A stretch of DNA of 64,000 nucleotides from the human T2T-CHM13v2.0 reference genome, Homo sapiens: assembly GCF_009914755.1 (NCBI RefSeq), contig NC_060928.1, one strand, 5' to 3'. A program made the position numbers and the translations under genes. Below the pieces are notes generated by a model. It was given only the letters and a program-made list of their open reading frames with translations, did no database searches and was not told where the DNA came from. Of this stretch, positions 1 to 13,749 are shown piece by piece; position 1 is the first letter of the stretch, and each line of letters starts with the position of its first letter.

Positions 1-1180
1 TTTAACATATATTTTTCCATCATTTTTCAATTCCAAGTATTTTTAAATCTCTATTCTGATTTTATCTTTGACATCTTAGTTATTCAGTAGTGTGTTTTAC
101 ATTTGCCAACATAGCCTACTTTTCTTTGTATTTTGTTAGTTACATCTAATCAATTTGCAGTGACAGAATAAGCTCATAATATAAGCCAATTTTTTGAAAA
201 TTTTTGAGACATTATTTATAGTCAGTTATACAGTTAATTTTTTTTCCCATGGGAGATCAGAGTTTTATTATTATTCAAATCAGTCTTATACAATTATTTT
301 TTACATGTGTTCATGTGTATTTGAGAAGAACACTTATTTTCTAACTTTGGCTTGCAGGGTTGGTTAATTGTGTTGTACAGTCTTTTATATGTTAATTATT
401 TTTTGCTTGACCCATTAATAATGGAAATAAGTATATTGAAATGCCCCTCCTTATAGTATTGTCAATTTCATTCTGTAATTCTATTAAATTTTACTTTATG
501 TCTTTTGAGACTATATTATTAGATGCATACATATTTATAATTATGATCCTAAGTGAATTAAAACTTTTTATGATTATATGTAATCATATAGTGACATTCT
601 CTATCCCTAATAATGCTTTTTATCATAATGTCTGTTTTTCCTAATAACTACTTAAGCCTGTGTTAGTTTAGAATTTAAATGATATATCATTTTCTTCTCA
701 TATTTACAGATTTTTCAGGGCATTAAGTTTTTGGTATTTTTTTCCATGCAACCAAGCAATCTCTGACTTTTAACTGCCATGTTAAATTTATTTATGTTAA
801 ATTTATTTATATTCATTATTTTTATGGACATATTTTGACATTGCTAATTTTCTTTAAGTTTTAAAAATTTCCTGCTTTTAAATTATTTCTTGCTTGTTAA
901 ATCATCATTAACTGAGTTTTGTTTGAAAATTAAGCACTTCATTTCATTATTTTAGTAATTACTTCTGAAATATCATGCTTAATAAATTCATCCTTTTTAA
1001 AGACAGTACTAGAATCTTAGAAATATGTAACTCATATTATCCCATTGCAACTTAGTGCCATTTTGTCAAAATTTTAAGTTTATCTTTTTTAAAAGCTCAT
1101 AAATGTGTAACATTATTTTATAGAGACAATATTTATTTATATTTATTCATATGCCAATTTTTTGCTTCCAAGTACTTTTT
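1..1180 (-). mobile_element. Ancient L1 (L1M-type) internal fragment, continuing in pieces to ~5050
   Basis: T-rich degenerate sequence resembling antisense L1 ORF2 (e.g. gtgtatttgagaagaa, tattattagatgcatacatatttataatt). Boundaries approximate. Confidence 0.55.
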
Positions 1181-1194
1181 TAAAATCTCAGATC

Positions 1195-1484
1195 AGCTGG
1201 GCGTGGTGGCTCACGCCTGTAATCCCAGCACTTTGGGAGGCTGAGGGGGGCGGATCATCTGAAGTCAGGAGTTCAAGACCAGCCTGGCCAATGTGATGAA
1301 ACCCCATCTCTACTAAAATACAAAAATTAGCCAGACATGGTGGCGGGCACCTGTAATCTCAGCTACTCAGGAGGCAGAGGCAGGAGAATTGCTTGAACCC
1401 AGGAGGCGGAGGTTACAGTGAGCTGAGATCGTGCCACTGCACTCCAGCCTGGGTGATAGAGCAAGACTCCATTAAAAAAAAAAA
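1195..1484 (+). mobile_element. AluS (Sx-like), full length
   Basis: Dimeric Alu with polyA tail; perfect 13-bp TSD aaaatctcagatc at 1182-1194 and 1485-1497. Confidence 0.97.
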
Positions 1485-1523
1485 AAAATCTCAGATCATC
1501 CTTTTGGTGTCATTTTTCTTTTT

Positions 1524-2506
1524 CTTGTTAAAAATAATGTTTATTGTGTATATCTGAGGTTTACAACATTGTTTTAAAATTTAAAATCTTTTAAAATGGG
1601 ATATATGTAGATAGTAAAACGATTACCACAGTGAAGCAAATGACCATATCTATTATCTTACATAGTTACTTTTTATGGTTTACAAGGGTAGCTAAAGTCT
1701 ACTTATTTAACAAAAATCCCTAACAGCATACAATTCTATTAACTAGTCCTCACGTTGAACATTAGATCTCTAGACTCGTTTATCCTATATATCTGCTACT
1801 TTGTATCCTTTGATCTACATCTCCTCATTTCCTCCTGTATCCTTCACTCCTGGTAATGGTGGTATCATTCGCTATCTCTATATATTTGACCTTTTCCTTT
1901 TGTTTTTAGGTTCCACATATAACTGACATCATGCAGTTTGTATTTTGGTGCCTGGCTTATTTCACGTAGTGTAGTGTCCTCTAGGTGCCTCCGTGTCACG
2001 GCAAATGGCAGGATCTTATTTTTTAAGGCTGAATAATATTCTGTTGTAAATATATCCCCTGGTTTTTTTATCCAGTCATTTGTCCAGGGATGCTAACGTT
2101 ATTTCCGTATCTTAGCTATTGTGAATAATGCTGCAATGAACATGGATGGGAGTGCAGGCATCTTTTTGACAGGGTGATATCGTCTTCTTTGGGTATAGAT
2201 TGAGAAGAGGGGTTGCTGGGTCATATGCTAGTACTATTTTAATTTCTTTAGGAACTCCATACTGTTTTCCATAATGGCTGCACCAATCTACATTTTTCAC
2301 CAACAGTGTACTAGGGTTCCCTTTTCTCCACACCCTCAGCAACACTTACCTCCTGTCTTATTGATAATAGTCATCCTAATGGGTATGAGGTGACATCTCA
2401 ATGTGGTTTTGATTTGTATTCGTTGATGATTAGTGAGTTTGAGTACCTTTTAGTGTACTTGTTTGGCCATTTTTATGTCTTCTTTAGAGAAATGTCTGCT
2501 TAGGTC
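1524..2506 (-). mobile_element. 5'-truncated L1MA (L1MA9/10-like) 3' end
   Basis: Antisense L1 3'UTR and ORF2 C-terminus (ORF 2112..2345 resembles it); flanked by 14-bp direct repeat tcatttttcttttt at 1510-1523 and 2507-2520. Confidence 0.85.
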
Positions 2507-3111
2507 TCATTTTTCTTTTTTTGAATGATCTCTTTTCATATTTATTTTAGCATAAATCTGTTTGTGGTAAAAATCTGTCCCCTTAAAAAATCTGAAATAT
2601 TTTCATTTCACTTATTTTACTTAAAAATCCCTTTAATGTACAACTCATACATGGTAACATGTACAAATCTTAAGTATACAGCTAAATGAATTTTACATAT
2701 AAAAATACATAAATATATATACTTTCACACACACACACACTCACACTCATTTAACCACCATCCAGATTAATATATAAAGCATTTCCAGCACCCTAGTAGG
2801 CTTCCTCTTCTGCCTCTCAGATAATATCCTCCAAAAATATTGTTTTGATCTCCATCTCCATATATTAGTTTATCAGCTTCACATTAATGGAATTGTACAT
2901 GTATACCCTTTCCCTTATAGCCTCTTTAGACAACACTATCTCTTTGCAATTCATTCTTGTTGTTGCATGTAGCAGTAGTTCATCCTTTTTTCATGTTGTG
3001 CAATACTGCATCATATGACTATTCCATAATTTATTTATTCATCCTATTGCTGATGGGTTTGGACTATTATGATAAAGCTGGTAAGAACCTCCCTGTATAT
3101 ATCTTTTAGAG

Positions 3112-3632
3112 CGGGAGTCCTCAACCCCGGGGCCATGGACTGGAAGCAGTCCGTGGCCTGTTAGGATCCGGGCTGCACAGCAGGAGGTGAGTGGCGGGAG
3201 AGTGAGTGACGCTTCATCTGTATTTACAGCTGCTCCCCATCGCTTGCATTATGCCTGAGCTCTGCCTCCTGTCAGATTAGCAGTGGCATTAGTTTCTCAT
3301 AGGAGCATGAACACTACTGTGAACTGTGCATGTGAAGGATCTGGGTTGCATGCGCCTTATGATAATCTAATGCCTGATGATCTGTCACTGTCACTCATCA
3401 CCCCCAGATGGGACCATCTAGTTGCAGGAAGACAAACTCAGGGCTCCCAATGATTCCACATTATGATGAATTGTATAGTCATTATATATTACAATGTAAT
3501 CATAATATACATAAAGTGAACAATAAAGTTAATGCGTTTGAATCATCTGATACCACACCCCCCACCCTGGTCTGTGGAAAAATTGTCTTTCATAAAACTG
3601 GTCCCTCATGCCAAAAAGGTTGGGGACTTCTG
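3112..3632 (+). mobile_element. MER1A (hAT-Charlie non-autonomous DNA transposon), full length
   Basis: Matches the MER1A consensus end to end; TIRs cgggagtcctcaacc / ggttggggacttctg; perfect 8-bp TSD ttttagag at 3104-3111 and 3633-3640. Confidence 0.93.
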
Positions 3633-3985
3633 TTTTAGAGGACATCAGCCCTCATTCTATTTGGGTATACATTTGGGAGTGGAATTGCTGGTTCTTCTTA
3701 TAAACATGTGTGTGTGTCTCTCTCTCTATATATATATGTATAAAGACACACAAACATATATGTGTGTGTGTGTATATATATATATGTTTAGTTTTAGTAG
3801 CTAGTACTGCTAAATAGTACTTCAAAGTGGTTATACTAATTTATATTTATAGCAGCAATAAGTAAGAGTTTAAGTTGCCTTCCCATTCTTGCCAACACAT
3901 GTCATTGTCTGTTTTTCTGATTGGGCATTCTAATAGGGGTATAGGGGAATCCTTGTGTATTTTCAAATTTGCATTCCCCTGATAA

Positions 3986-4287
<302 letters not shown>

Positions 4288-7200
4288 TAGAATCACGAAG
4301 AATTACTTTCTTATTAAAATGTAAATTTTTAGGGTACACAATTCTAGAGTGAATTTTTTTTTTCTCCTTGCATATTCATGATCTTAAACCTTTGCCTTCT
4401 GGCTTTCAATTTTTCCTAATGAGAAGTTAGTTGTAAATCTAACTGCCATTCCTATGTGGGTAGTCAGCATTTTCTCTCTTATGCTTTTAAGCTCATCTGT
4501 TTAATTCTTAATGCTCCATAGTCTCTAGGTGTTAGCTTCCTTTTTACTCATTTTGATAGGCAAACACTGTGTTTTGTGAATCAGAGAGTTCTCTGCTAAT
4601 TACTTTAAATATTGATCTCTTTCATTCTTTCTAGTCCTTGATTCAGTTCATTCAATTAGGTATGTATAGACTTTCTCATTCTATTCTTCCTGTATCTTAA
4701 CATCTTTTTTACATCTTCTACTTTTTTGCATTCTTATTAATTTCTAAGGTTTTTTCACTCTACAGTCTACTGATCTTAATATGTCTATGTCTATCTGTTC
4801 TTCTATCTATCAGTTAAGCTTTTGACATCTTGTTTTTTATTTCTAAACTCCTTTTGGGATAATTTTACCAATATCCCTAGTAATTTTGATCTTGCTTATT
4901 GTTGTGATTTAAAACAATTTTTGAAAATTATGTCTTTAAAAATTCAATTCCCAAAGAATTTGAAAGTCTAAATTTGCCATGTCTGTTGATTTCAATGTGT
5001 TTTATTTTCCCATGTGTGTTTGTTGATCTTTGATTTTAGACTTAACGTTGGTTGATTTTAATCCAGGGAAACCTGGAAGCTTATATCGATATTGCTTTTG
5101 GCGGGAGAGAATTGTGCATACCAGAGGGAATTGTGCTGAGATTCAGTGGACATGATACATTCTGACTTTTCTAGAAAATAAATTCTCAAAATGTACAATG
5201 TGTATGGCTTCTTTCTTTCTCTTTTTTCTCAGCTAAATATTATTTAGACCCCTGCTGCATTCCACAGTTGCATCAGTCTTGTGTTCAGCTTTCCTACATT
5301 TCCTCAAGCCCAAGGCTCAGCCTGCTGGCCACAGATATGGAATGGACATCTGCCCTTGGATTACTGCTGCCCTTTTCTTCACCCACCATGGAATGCTCCA
5401 CTTTCATTTCACTTTGAGGGGCTTGGGAGGCTCCTGGAGGTTTCTCTTACTTCATGTGAGTCCAGCAACAAATTATCTTTTATGGAGAATCCTCCTTATT
5501 GCCAATAGGATAAGTCGTCCTATTTTCCCAGAGAGATTATGGAGAGGACATTCTTATAGTGCTCTATGGTTTAGAACAGTGCTCTATAAGCTCTTTGGGG
5601 TAACTTTGGTGGTGGTGGGGATGATATTGATTGTGAAGGAGGTGGATGATCTGGGAACATACGAGTAAGACTTCAGGCTCTTCCGCCCTGCTTCAACTAG
5701 CATTTTCCACTGTGGTCTGCTTATAGGATTTTAATGACAGATTGATTCTAAACCTTAAACATTTGTTCAAATCAAATGAATGATTTTATTATTCCCAGTT
5801 AAATGTATCCATTCTACACAGCCCTAAAGGTTCTCTGTTATGATTTAATGGCCTTTAATAATGTAGATTATTGGTGTCAAAATAATGTAAACACACAGAA
5901 ATGAGAGTGGCAAAATCTAGCAATGGAAGAAAGAAGTCACTGCCTCATGGGAGAGACCATACCTAGAGGGGAGTTAAGACAGGGAATTGACCACAAAGAG
6001 TTAAAGATTTTTAGGTGAAAGACTTTGCTATTTAAAAGCCAATAGTAATAATAATAATATTAAAAATATCATAAACTGTGGTGATTCCCTCTTTAACTTT
6101 GGTTCATAGGAGATTCCTCATGCCATCTGATTCATTTATTCATGATATTACAGATATGTGTTAAAAATTGAAGCTTGTTCAAACACAGTTTTCTTGAAGC
6201 AGATCTGGCTACAAGTACATCGTTATGCTTGACTTTCATTCAATCCATTTTTATGAGTGTGTGCTAAGGAAAAACACATGCTGGCAATACAATTACATTA
6301 AAGTCAAGATTTGTATCCAAATATCACCATGTCTATAGGAGCTAAGCTTACTGTAATCATAGAAAAAAAGCTCTTGTGTAAGATCTGAAACTTTACTAAC
6401 ATATAAGATTACATTTTTGGTTATGGGTAGGAAAGCAGTGTGTTTACCACAAGTCAAATGCATTGTATACAATTTCTAATCCAGTTTCATTTAATCCTTA
6501 CAACAATGGAGTGATTTTTATAAACTTCATTTTTAAAAAGGAGCCTGAAAAAGGTCCAATGACTTGATTAAGGTTTATAAAGCTTGTATGTATGTATAAA
6601 TGTGTTAATAAATTTATAGATATACATACTTGTCTGTATATACATACTGCTTTTTCTGGAAAATTCATTCTCCAATGTAGAATCTGTATGCTTTTTTCTT
6701 GTTCTTTTTTTTTTTTTTTCTTAAACAGTCTATTTATTTATTTGGTCATAACCACCAAGGAATATATGTGTCATTATAGTGGCCATGAATGAAATTTCAT
6801 AGTAAATAGGCCTCTTTGCATCTGATTTGATAAATACTTATACTATCATTTATATAGTTTTTGTTCACAGAAATCTTATGAGGCCAGTGAGTATTGTCCT
6901 CTGAATGAAGAAAGCAGAATAGAATAGTTTGTCTAAAGTCACAGTAGAATCTTGGCTAAAATGACAGCCCCGAGGTCCTAATCAGCTCCTTGGGGAGCTT
7001 CAGAATCATCTCTGCTCCATACTGCAAGTATTTTGCACTAAATTGTGAGGTAAAACCAAGTTTTAACTTTATTTATATAAGCTAAACCTATCCTTCTGGA
7101 TATAATAGTGGGATTTCTAACCCTGTTGGTGCTATTCCTAATAGCTCCAAAAAAGCCTTCTTAAGTCTTGGGCATACTCTAAATACTTTTTGAATACTCA

Positions 7201-7860
7201 GTCTTCTTCAGGACTGTCAAATACATTTTATTGACTGACTTGAGGAGCATACAGATAACAGAATGGCTGAGGAAGCATGAAAAATTCTTTTGAAAAGTAG
7301 GATAAAACCCTGCTATTTTTGCATATCATTTTTCTTTGTCCTGAATTTTACAGTTCTTTGATCTGTATATAAAATTGGAGAAATACATTGTAATTTTGGT
7401 GAGACCAACATTCGGATATGTACTGTTTTTGTTTTTTTACCATAGTTCATATTACTAGTTTTAGGTGCTCAGGTAAAGTGACAAAATGACAGAGTTTTCA
7501 GTTATGTCATAAAACTAAAATTGTCTTCATTTACAGTGATAATTATATATTAAATATTTAAACGTTAAAATTAAAATAATTACAAATTAAAAAAAACTCC
7601 TTAAAGGCCATACAGTTTTTTATAAACAAAAAAGAAGAGAGTAAGATGAGTGGAGAAGTCACTTGACCGGGGACAAGAAAAAACAATGCCTCGATTAAGT
7701 CACTTAACTCATTTGGCCCTTTTTTATCTTGACAGAACAATGAGGGGAGTATGACGACAATGGCGTCTGAACTTTCCTGCTATTGTTTACAGCAGTGGAA
7801 CCATGTATATAGATATTATAGGCCAGGAGCCTAGTAACAGAAGAGTTGCTTTCTTGGAAG

Positions 7861-8300
7861 AGTGTGTGTGTGTGCATGTGTATATGTGTGTATGTTTGTG
7901 TATATATATGTGTGTGTGCGTGTGTACATGTGTATATGTATGTATGTGTGTATGTGTGTGCATGTGTACATGTGTATATATGTGCGTGTGCATGTGTGTG
8001 CATATATGTGTGTATAAGTGTGTGTGTATATATGTATGTTTATATGTGTGTATATGTGTGTGTATGTGTATATGTGTGTATGTATATGTGTGTATATGTA
8101 TATATGTGTGTGCTTGTGTACATGTGTATATATGTGTGTGTGTATGTGTATATGTGTGTATGTGTGTGTATGTTTGTATATGTGTGTGTATGTGTGCATG
8201 TGTGTATGTGTATATATGTGTGTATGTGTGTGTATGTTTGTATATGTGTGTGTATGTGTGCATGTGTGTATATATGTGTGTGTGTATATGTGTGTGTGTG
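7861..8300. repeat. Degenerate (TG/TA/CA)n purine-pyrimidine simple repeat, ~440 bp
   Basis: Directly visible; source of the Cys/Val/Tyr and His/Thr ORFs. Confidence 0.97.
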
Positions 8301-9823
8301 GGTGAGGGGAGAGTGGTAGCACGGCGTGAGCCTTGGTCTTGTCCATCCTTTTCTCCCTTGATGTCTCTTGCGATACTTCTGCAAAACTCTGTACTTCTAA
8401 GACTATAATCTGAAAATAATTATTTAGAGAATTTCTAAAATTCAGCTCTAAATAACGATATTTTATGATTTCTTCTTGGTTAGTTAAAGAAGACTCTTAG
8501 GCACTTGTATAGAGTTAATATAAGCTAGAGTTGCTCAGAGTATCTTGCTTAGAAACTAGCCATTGTGATTTCTTAATTATAACATTAGAGTTTTAAAAAA
8601 ATATCCAACTATAAATCAAAGAAAACATCGAAGAATCTTGTATTTTTCCAAAAGAATTAACTCTTTAAAATCATAGTAGAAAGGTTGGGACAACATAAAT
8701 TGACTTCTGAGTATAAATTAGGCTCACAGTAATTATTACAATCAATTAGATGGTTTATGAGACTACGGTAAATGATGGAGAAAGAATACATTCTACTTGG
8801 GAAAAAAATGGTAAATACATTTCCCAAGAAGAGAAAAAGAAATAATAATCAGTGCATGGAGAAAGTTATTTGTTATAGAATCAGGACAAATATGCCAAGA
8901 GAATGAAACCACAAAGATTATGCTATAAAATAGTGTCAGGCAAGCTGGCCTGGCAGCACACTGTGAAGGGTGCTGTGGAGAACATCTGCTTTCAGCAAAG
9001 AAAGCAAGTGTCATGGCACCAACAATTCCAGGCATGCTACCAAGAAGTCTCTTTACTCAAGTGAATTCATGCTAGATGCACATTTCCAGTTGCTGCTGGA
9101 ATTCTATGCAGCTTGTTGATTTGGTCAGCAAACGGATGGCATGACAGTTGGGATACAATCAGACTAATTTTTATCCACTGTGCATACTTAGGAAGGTGGA
9201 TTACTCTACAGGCCTGAAGGGATGCTCCTGGCTGCATTTCAAAACTACACACAGCAGGTAGAGAATGGCTGTAAGACAGAGGCCAAATCCTGCAGGTCTG
9301 AACTTTAGTGCTGTCTCAAATGTCTTAAACACTGGTATTGGCTTTCTGGGACAATGGCTGGGAGGACGGAAATATTCATAAATGGAAGACAAATCTGTAA
9401 TTCTTCCAAAGACTAAAGGAAAGGGTCATGGAGATGAGTAGCAAAAGAGAACTTTGCTGCAGAGAGATCAGGCGTGTCAATTGCTTAGTATGTTATGTGG
9501 CCACCTAGTAAGGGTTTATCAGATGTTAGCTACTATGTCGAATATGGTGTCTTTTTACTCAGGGTCTGTCTCACCTTCTTCTAGTGAGTTTTTCCTGTGC
9601 GGCACAGACTTGAAAGAGAAAACCTACATTTTCTAAACTATCCTGCACCTGAGGTTCTGGATGCAAATTAGGTTTATATGAGTTAGCATATGCAAGATGT
9701 AGAAGGCAGCAGGAAGAAATCATCTTATTGCTTTTGGCCATTTTCTACTGGCAAATGGGTTTGTGGAGAGATGAGTTCTTTTCTGCAGCAGACTTTTAAA
9801 GCCTGTGGTGGGCTGACTGCATT

Positions 9824-10240
9824 GATGGGTCTAATGAATGTATCCTCATTTACCAATGTGACTTTCTGGCTCTTCACGTGGAGGAATGGAGTCTATTTTT
9901 CACCACTGATTCTGGCTGCATGACTTGCTTCAGTTAGTAGAACGCTGTGGAAAGATGGTGTGCCAGTTCCAAGCCTAGGCCTCAAGGAGACTTACACACT
10001 TCTGCTTTAGGACCTAGAATGCTGCCTTCACTGGGCACATGAAACAGGGGAGTCAGCAGCCCTCATAGATCAACTCATGCCTGGCCAACCTAGGAACGGA
10101 CTTCCCGACCAGCCAGGGTGAGCAGAGCCACACTGCTGACTCACAGAGTGAGCCAAATGGAATGACTATTATTGTATGCCATTGATGCTTTGTTGATTTG
10201 GGTTATGCAGCATGATTGTGACAATAAAAAATGGATATGA
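9824..10240 (+). mobile_element. MLT1 (G/H-like) MaLR solo LTR
   Basis: tgtggtggg start, tgccagttccaagcctaggcctcaag core, ttatgcagcatgattgtgacaata end. Confidence 0.7.
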
Positions 10241-10590
10241 TGTCTGTTCTCCAAACCTGTGGGTGTCAAGAGGTACCTACATCAGAGGTGACTCTGAACT
10301 CCTCAAGCCAGTGTGCAGCCACCCCTTGTTGCCCTAGCTGTGGTAGTTTCCTGATCCCTGGATTACAGTTTTGGTAGTGTTTTTTGAACCCATAGATTTC
10401 AGCTTTGACATCCTGATTCCTCTCTCTTCAGAATTTGATAAAAGTAATACAGTAGTTCCAATACTGTGTCGAGTTTGCAGTATTTTGAGTGCTGTCACTG
10501 GAAGCTCAGGTTAGAATCTGCTCCTTCAGTCCTTTTGATGAGTTTTAAGTGCCCAATACCTATTATTAAATGCCTCTCTGCTTAACATAC

Positions 10591-10942
10591 TGATATGGTT
10601 TGGCTCTGTGTCTCTACCCAAATCTCATCTCAAACTGTAATCTCCACGTGTCAAGGGAGGGACCTGGTGGGAGGTAGTTAAATCATGGGGGTGGTTTCCC
10701 CCATGCTGTTCTGGTGACAATGAGTGAGTTCCCATGAGATCTGATGGTTTAAAAGTGAGGCACTCCGCCCATCTCCTGCTGCCATGTAAGACGTGCCTTA
10801 CTTCCCCTTCACCTTCCACCCTGATTGTAAGTTTCCTGAGGCCTCCCCAGCCATGTGGAATTGAGTCAATGAAACCTCTTTTCTTTATAAATTCCCCAGT
10901 CTCAGGTAGTTCTTTATAGCAGCGTGAAAATGGACTACTACA
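10591..10942 (+). mobile_element. THE1C/THE1D MaLR solo LTR
   Basis: Starts tgatatggtttggctctgtgtc and ends ggactactaca; typical THE1 body; near-TSD catac/catta. Confidence 0.9.
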
Positions 10943-11194
10943 CATTACCTATGATGGTTCTTGATACTTTCCTTGAACCCTGACTGATACAGATGTTATT
11001 ATTACTATTGTTACTATTATTTTTCCTCTTTCCAAATCCATACTGAGCAGACATATTGCTAAGTTCCTTCTGGATGTAAGGGAAATGAAAAAGAATGCTA
11101 CATGGTGCAGGGCACAGTTATTTAGTGATTCTTTTCATGTTGAACAGTGTTCTTTCTAAAATTATGTTTACAAAGTCACATAATAAAGTTTGGC

Positions 11195-11660
11195 CATTCA
11201 TTCATTAATGTATTCATTTCCTACATAAGTGTTTAGAGCCTATGACATGCTAGGTATTGTTCTGGACACTGTTGTAGAAAAGACAGATACAGTTCTGACT
11301 TTTTAGCACATTAAGTCTTAGTGAACAAAGATTTTAAAAAAGTAAAATTTACAAACAAGATACTTTTACAGTGATATATAGTCTATAAAGAAAATAATTA
11401 GAGTAATGTGATAGAGAATGACGTGATGAATTATTTCAGAATGACTGGTTGGAAAATAGTCCACTGAAGTAGTGATACTGAGCTGGGACCTGAATGCAAC
11501 AAGTTAGCCATTTGAAAATATAGAAGGAAGTAATTGTAGGTAAACGGAAGAAGAGTGCAAATATCCTAAGTGGGGAAGGAGCTGGGTGCACCTGAGAAAC
11601 AGAAAGAAGGCAGAGTGGAGAGGGGAACAGAGTGAGGAAAGGGAAGACTAGTATGGTAAG
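11195..11660 (-). mobile_element. L2 3' fragment
   Basis: cattcattcatt tail followed by antisense L2 body (ctaggtattgttctggacact; gagctgggacctgaatg). Confidence 0.7.
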
Positions 11661-13749
11661 ATGCTTTTTAATGGCTTTCGAGAATTCAATGTAACTACAA
11701 AAATTTGAAGTTAACTTGCAGACTTCCTGCTTTCTAATTCTTATAGTTCCTTCTGATGGCCCAAAATGTCAATTAGTCATCAGAGGATGTTCAGGCCCAT
11801 CCTCCCAAGGGCTCTGACTTTATTGCCTGTGTATTTTCTGAATCAAAATATAGTTTGATTCAATGATTGTAATGGTGAATGTTCTGTGAAATTAGGTTTT
11901 CTTGCAAATATGCTCTCCATTCCCTAAAATACCTCCCTTTCTTCTCCCTCAAACTCATTTCTTCAGAGCGAGATTCCTATCTCTGCTAGGAAGAACAGAT
12001 CCAAATGAAAGTCTTAAGAATTTGTATGTTTAACATTCTAGGGGAACAAATTGCACATTAAAAGATGACATTAACAAATCAGATGGACTATGCTATGTTT
12101 TTGAGGACCTGTATTTTCGAAACTTTCTTGGTGCCCTTGACTCCTTGGGACATAACTTACTTTATCTAACTTGCTTAAGCAAACCGAGGGGAAAGACCTG
12201 GCAGCTTCCCATTGCTCCTCAGAAAAACTGTATTTGACACTAGGTATTTAGTGTGTTAGTCTGGTACTCAAATGTGTATGCATTATGACTCACTTTAAGG
12301 CTCAATTAATGGTGTGTGGCTGAAATACCAAGTGCTGTAGACATACCCTTGCAGGGTGACTGTTCTTTCCCTGGTAGCTCCATTTGCTGTTTGAACAGCC
12401 TGTTACTAGGTTAGTTTTCTCTCTCGTGGTTTACTGGACAATTTTTTTCTTCTCAAAATGTCTTACTATCATGCAGCCTGTTGGTTTATCTGCTGCTATT
12501 ATTTTGCATTTCACAAACTGTCCTCATCGATGCTGTGTGGGAATGTATTTAATTTCCTACCTGAGTGTCAGCCTACTGCTCCAGAGCTGCTTAGAACATT
12601 TTCTTTCATCTGTCTTCTTACCTTCCAGATCCAGCAGAGTTGAACCACAGGAATCCCATCTCAATATTGATGACTCACTCCCATCTGGAATCTCATTATT
12701 GGTTAGCTTGTCTGTCTATTTCATCTTCAGAACTGCTTGCTGGTAATATTAGTGGAGTGCTTTTGAATTGTTAGGACCTCACTTGTAGTGGGTTTCACTT
12801 CTTTTCAGTTTTAGGTCAAATATTTATAGATTGTTTTGTAGACTCTGTTCCAAGGGTCTCAGGGTCCTGATAGATGAGCTGGGCGTGCTGGGTTACTATT
12901 AATAGTGTTATTGCAATTACGTTTTTAGTGGATGATCAGAGAGTTTGTTATTAAGTAGCAGAATTTAGAGACAGGTGTGTTAGTAACAAAACTCTTAAAT
13001 GTGGTTCTCCTGTTGTGATTTTCATGTCTCAGTCCTGTGTTGACTTTGCAAAATAGCATAATTGCTTTCATCTAGTTTTCTAAATGTGTTGGCATAGTGT
13101 CTAAATGTGGCCTGCACTACTCTCTGTATGACCAAGTTGGGAATGTCTGAGAATGCTTTTTATGTGAGAAGAGCTTCTTCTAGGAGTAGAGGAAGTAAAG
13201 TCTGCAATCAGCCACCAGCTTTCTAATTGCATCCCTGCATAATGTAGGCTGAATAAGCTGAAACAAACTCAGATAACTTAACTTTTTTTTTTTTTGTATT
13301 GAGGAATGAGTAAGACGTGATACCTTGACTCAATGTAACTTTTAGATCTCTTGCTAATCTGTTCCATAGCAGCCAGAATCCAGGTAAACCAAAGATATAT
13401 TTTTAAAAAGGCAGATGAAAAAGCAACCTGAAGAATTCTTAAATTCATTACTTTCAAGATTTGAAACTTAACTTTAATAGAGACTTTGGACCATATAGAA
13501 GAAGTCCCTCTGTTGACTTACACAAATGCTGAAAGCCTGCAATGTACTCTAAGTATTCTCTGATAATCTAATTTTATATGATTTCCACATTTTTCCCACT
13601 TTTGTTTTGATCATGCCTTTCAAAAGTTTTGTTTTTGCTTCTGATGATTTTTTAATTTAAAGAACTTAGAATTGATACAGTTAATTGCCATATGTGCCTT
13701 TTCTTGATTCTGTTTTTCTCTGTACCATTAAGGAGTTGATGTTTATCAC

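Larger units (their letters stand above)
9536..10991 (+). mobile_element. LTR33-like ERVL solo LTR, split by MLT1 and THE1 insertions
   Basis: Motifs aaaacctacattttc...gaggttctggatgcaaattaggtt, attaaatgcctctctgcttaa and terminal gaaccctgactgataca. Confidence 0.6.

Noticed and set aside
5279-5668. 129-aa ORF after a pyrimidine tract/AG
   Set aside because: Non-ATG start, no recognisable domain or coding bias.
7704-8408. Long Cys/Val/Tyr and His/Thr ORFs (up to 201 aa); likewise 55252-55807
   Set aside because: Translations of TG/TA repeats, open in most frames because the repeat lacks stop codons.
10842-10854. PRDM9 hotspot motif in THE1
   Set aside because: Sequence is cctccccagccat, lacking the T of CCTCCCTNNCCAC; this is the ordinary non-hot form.
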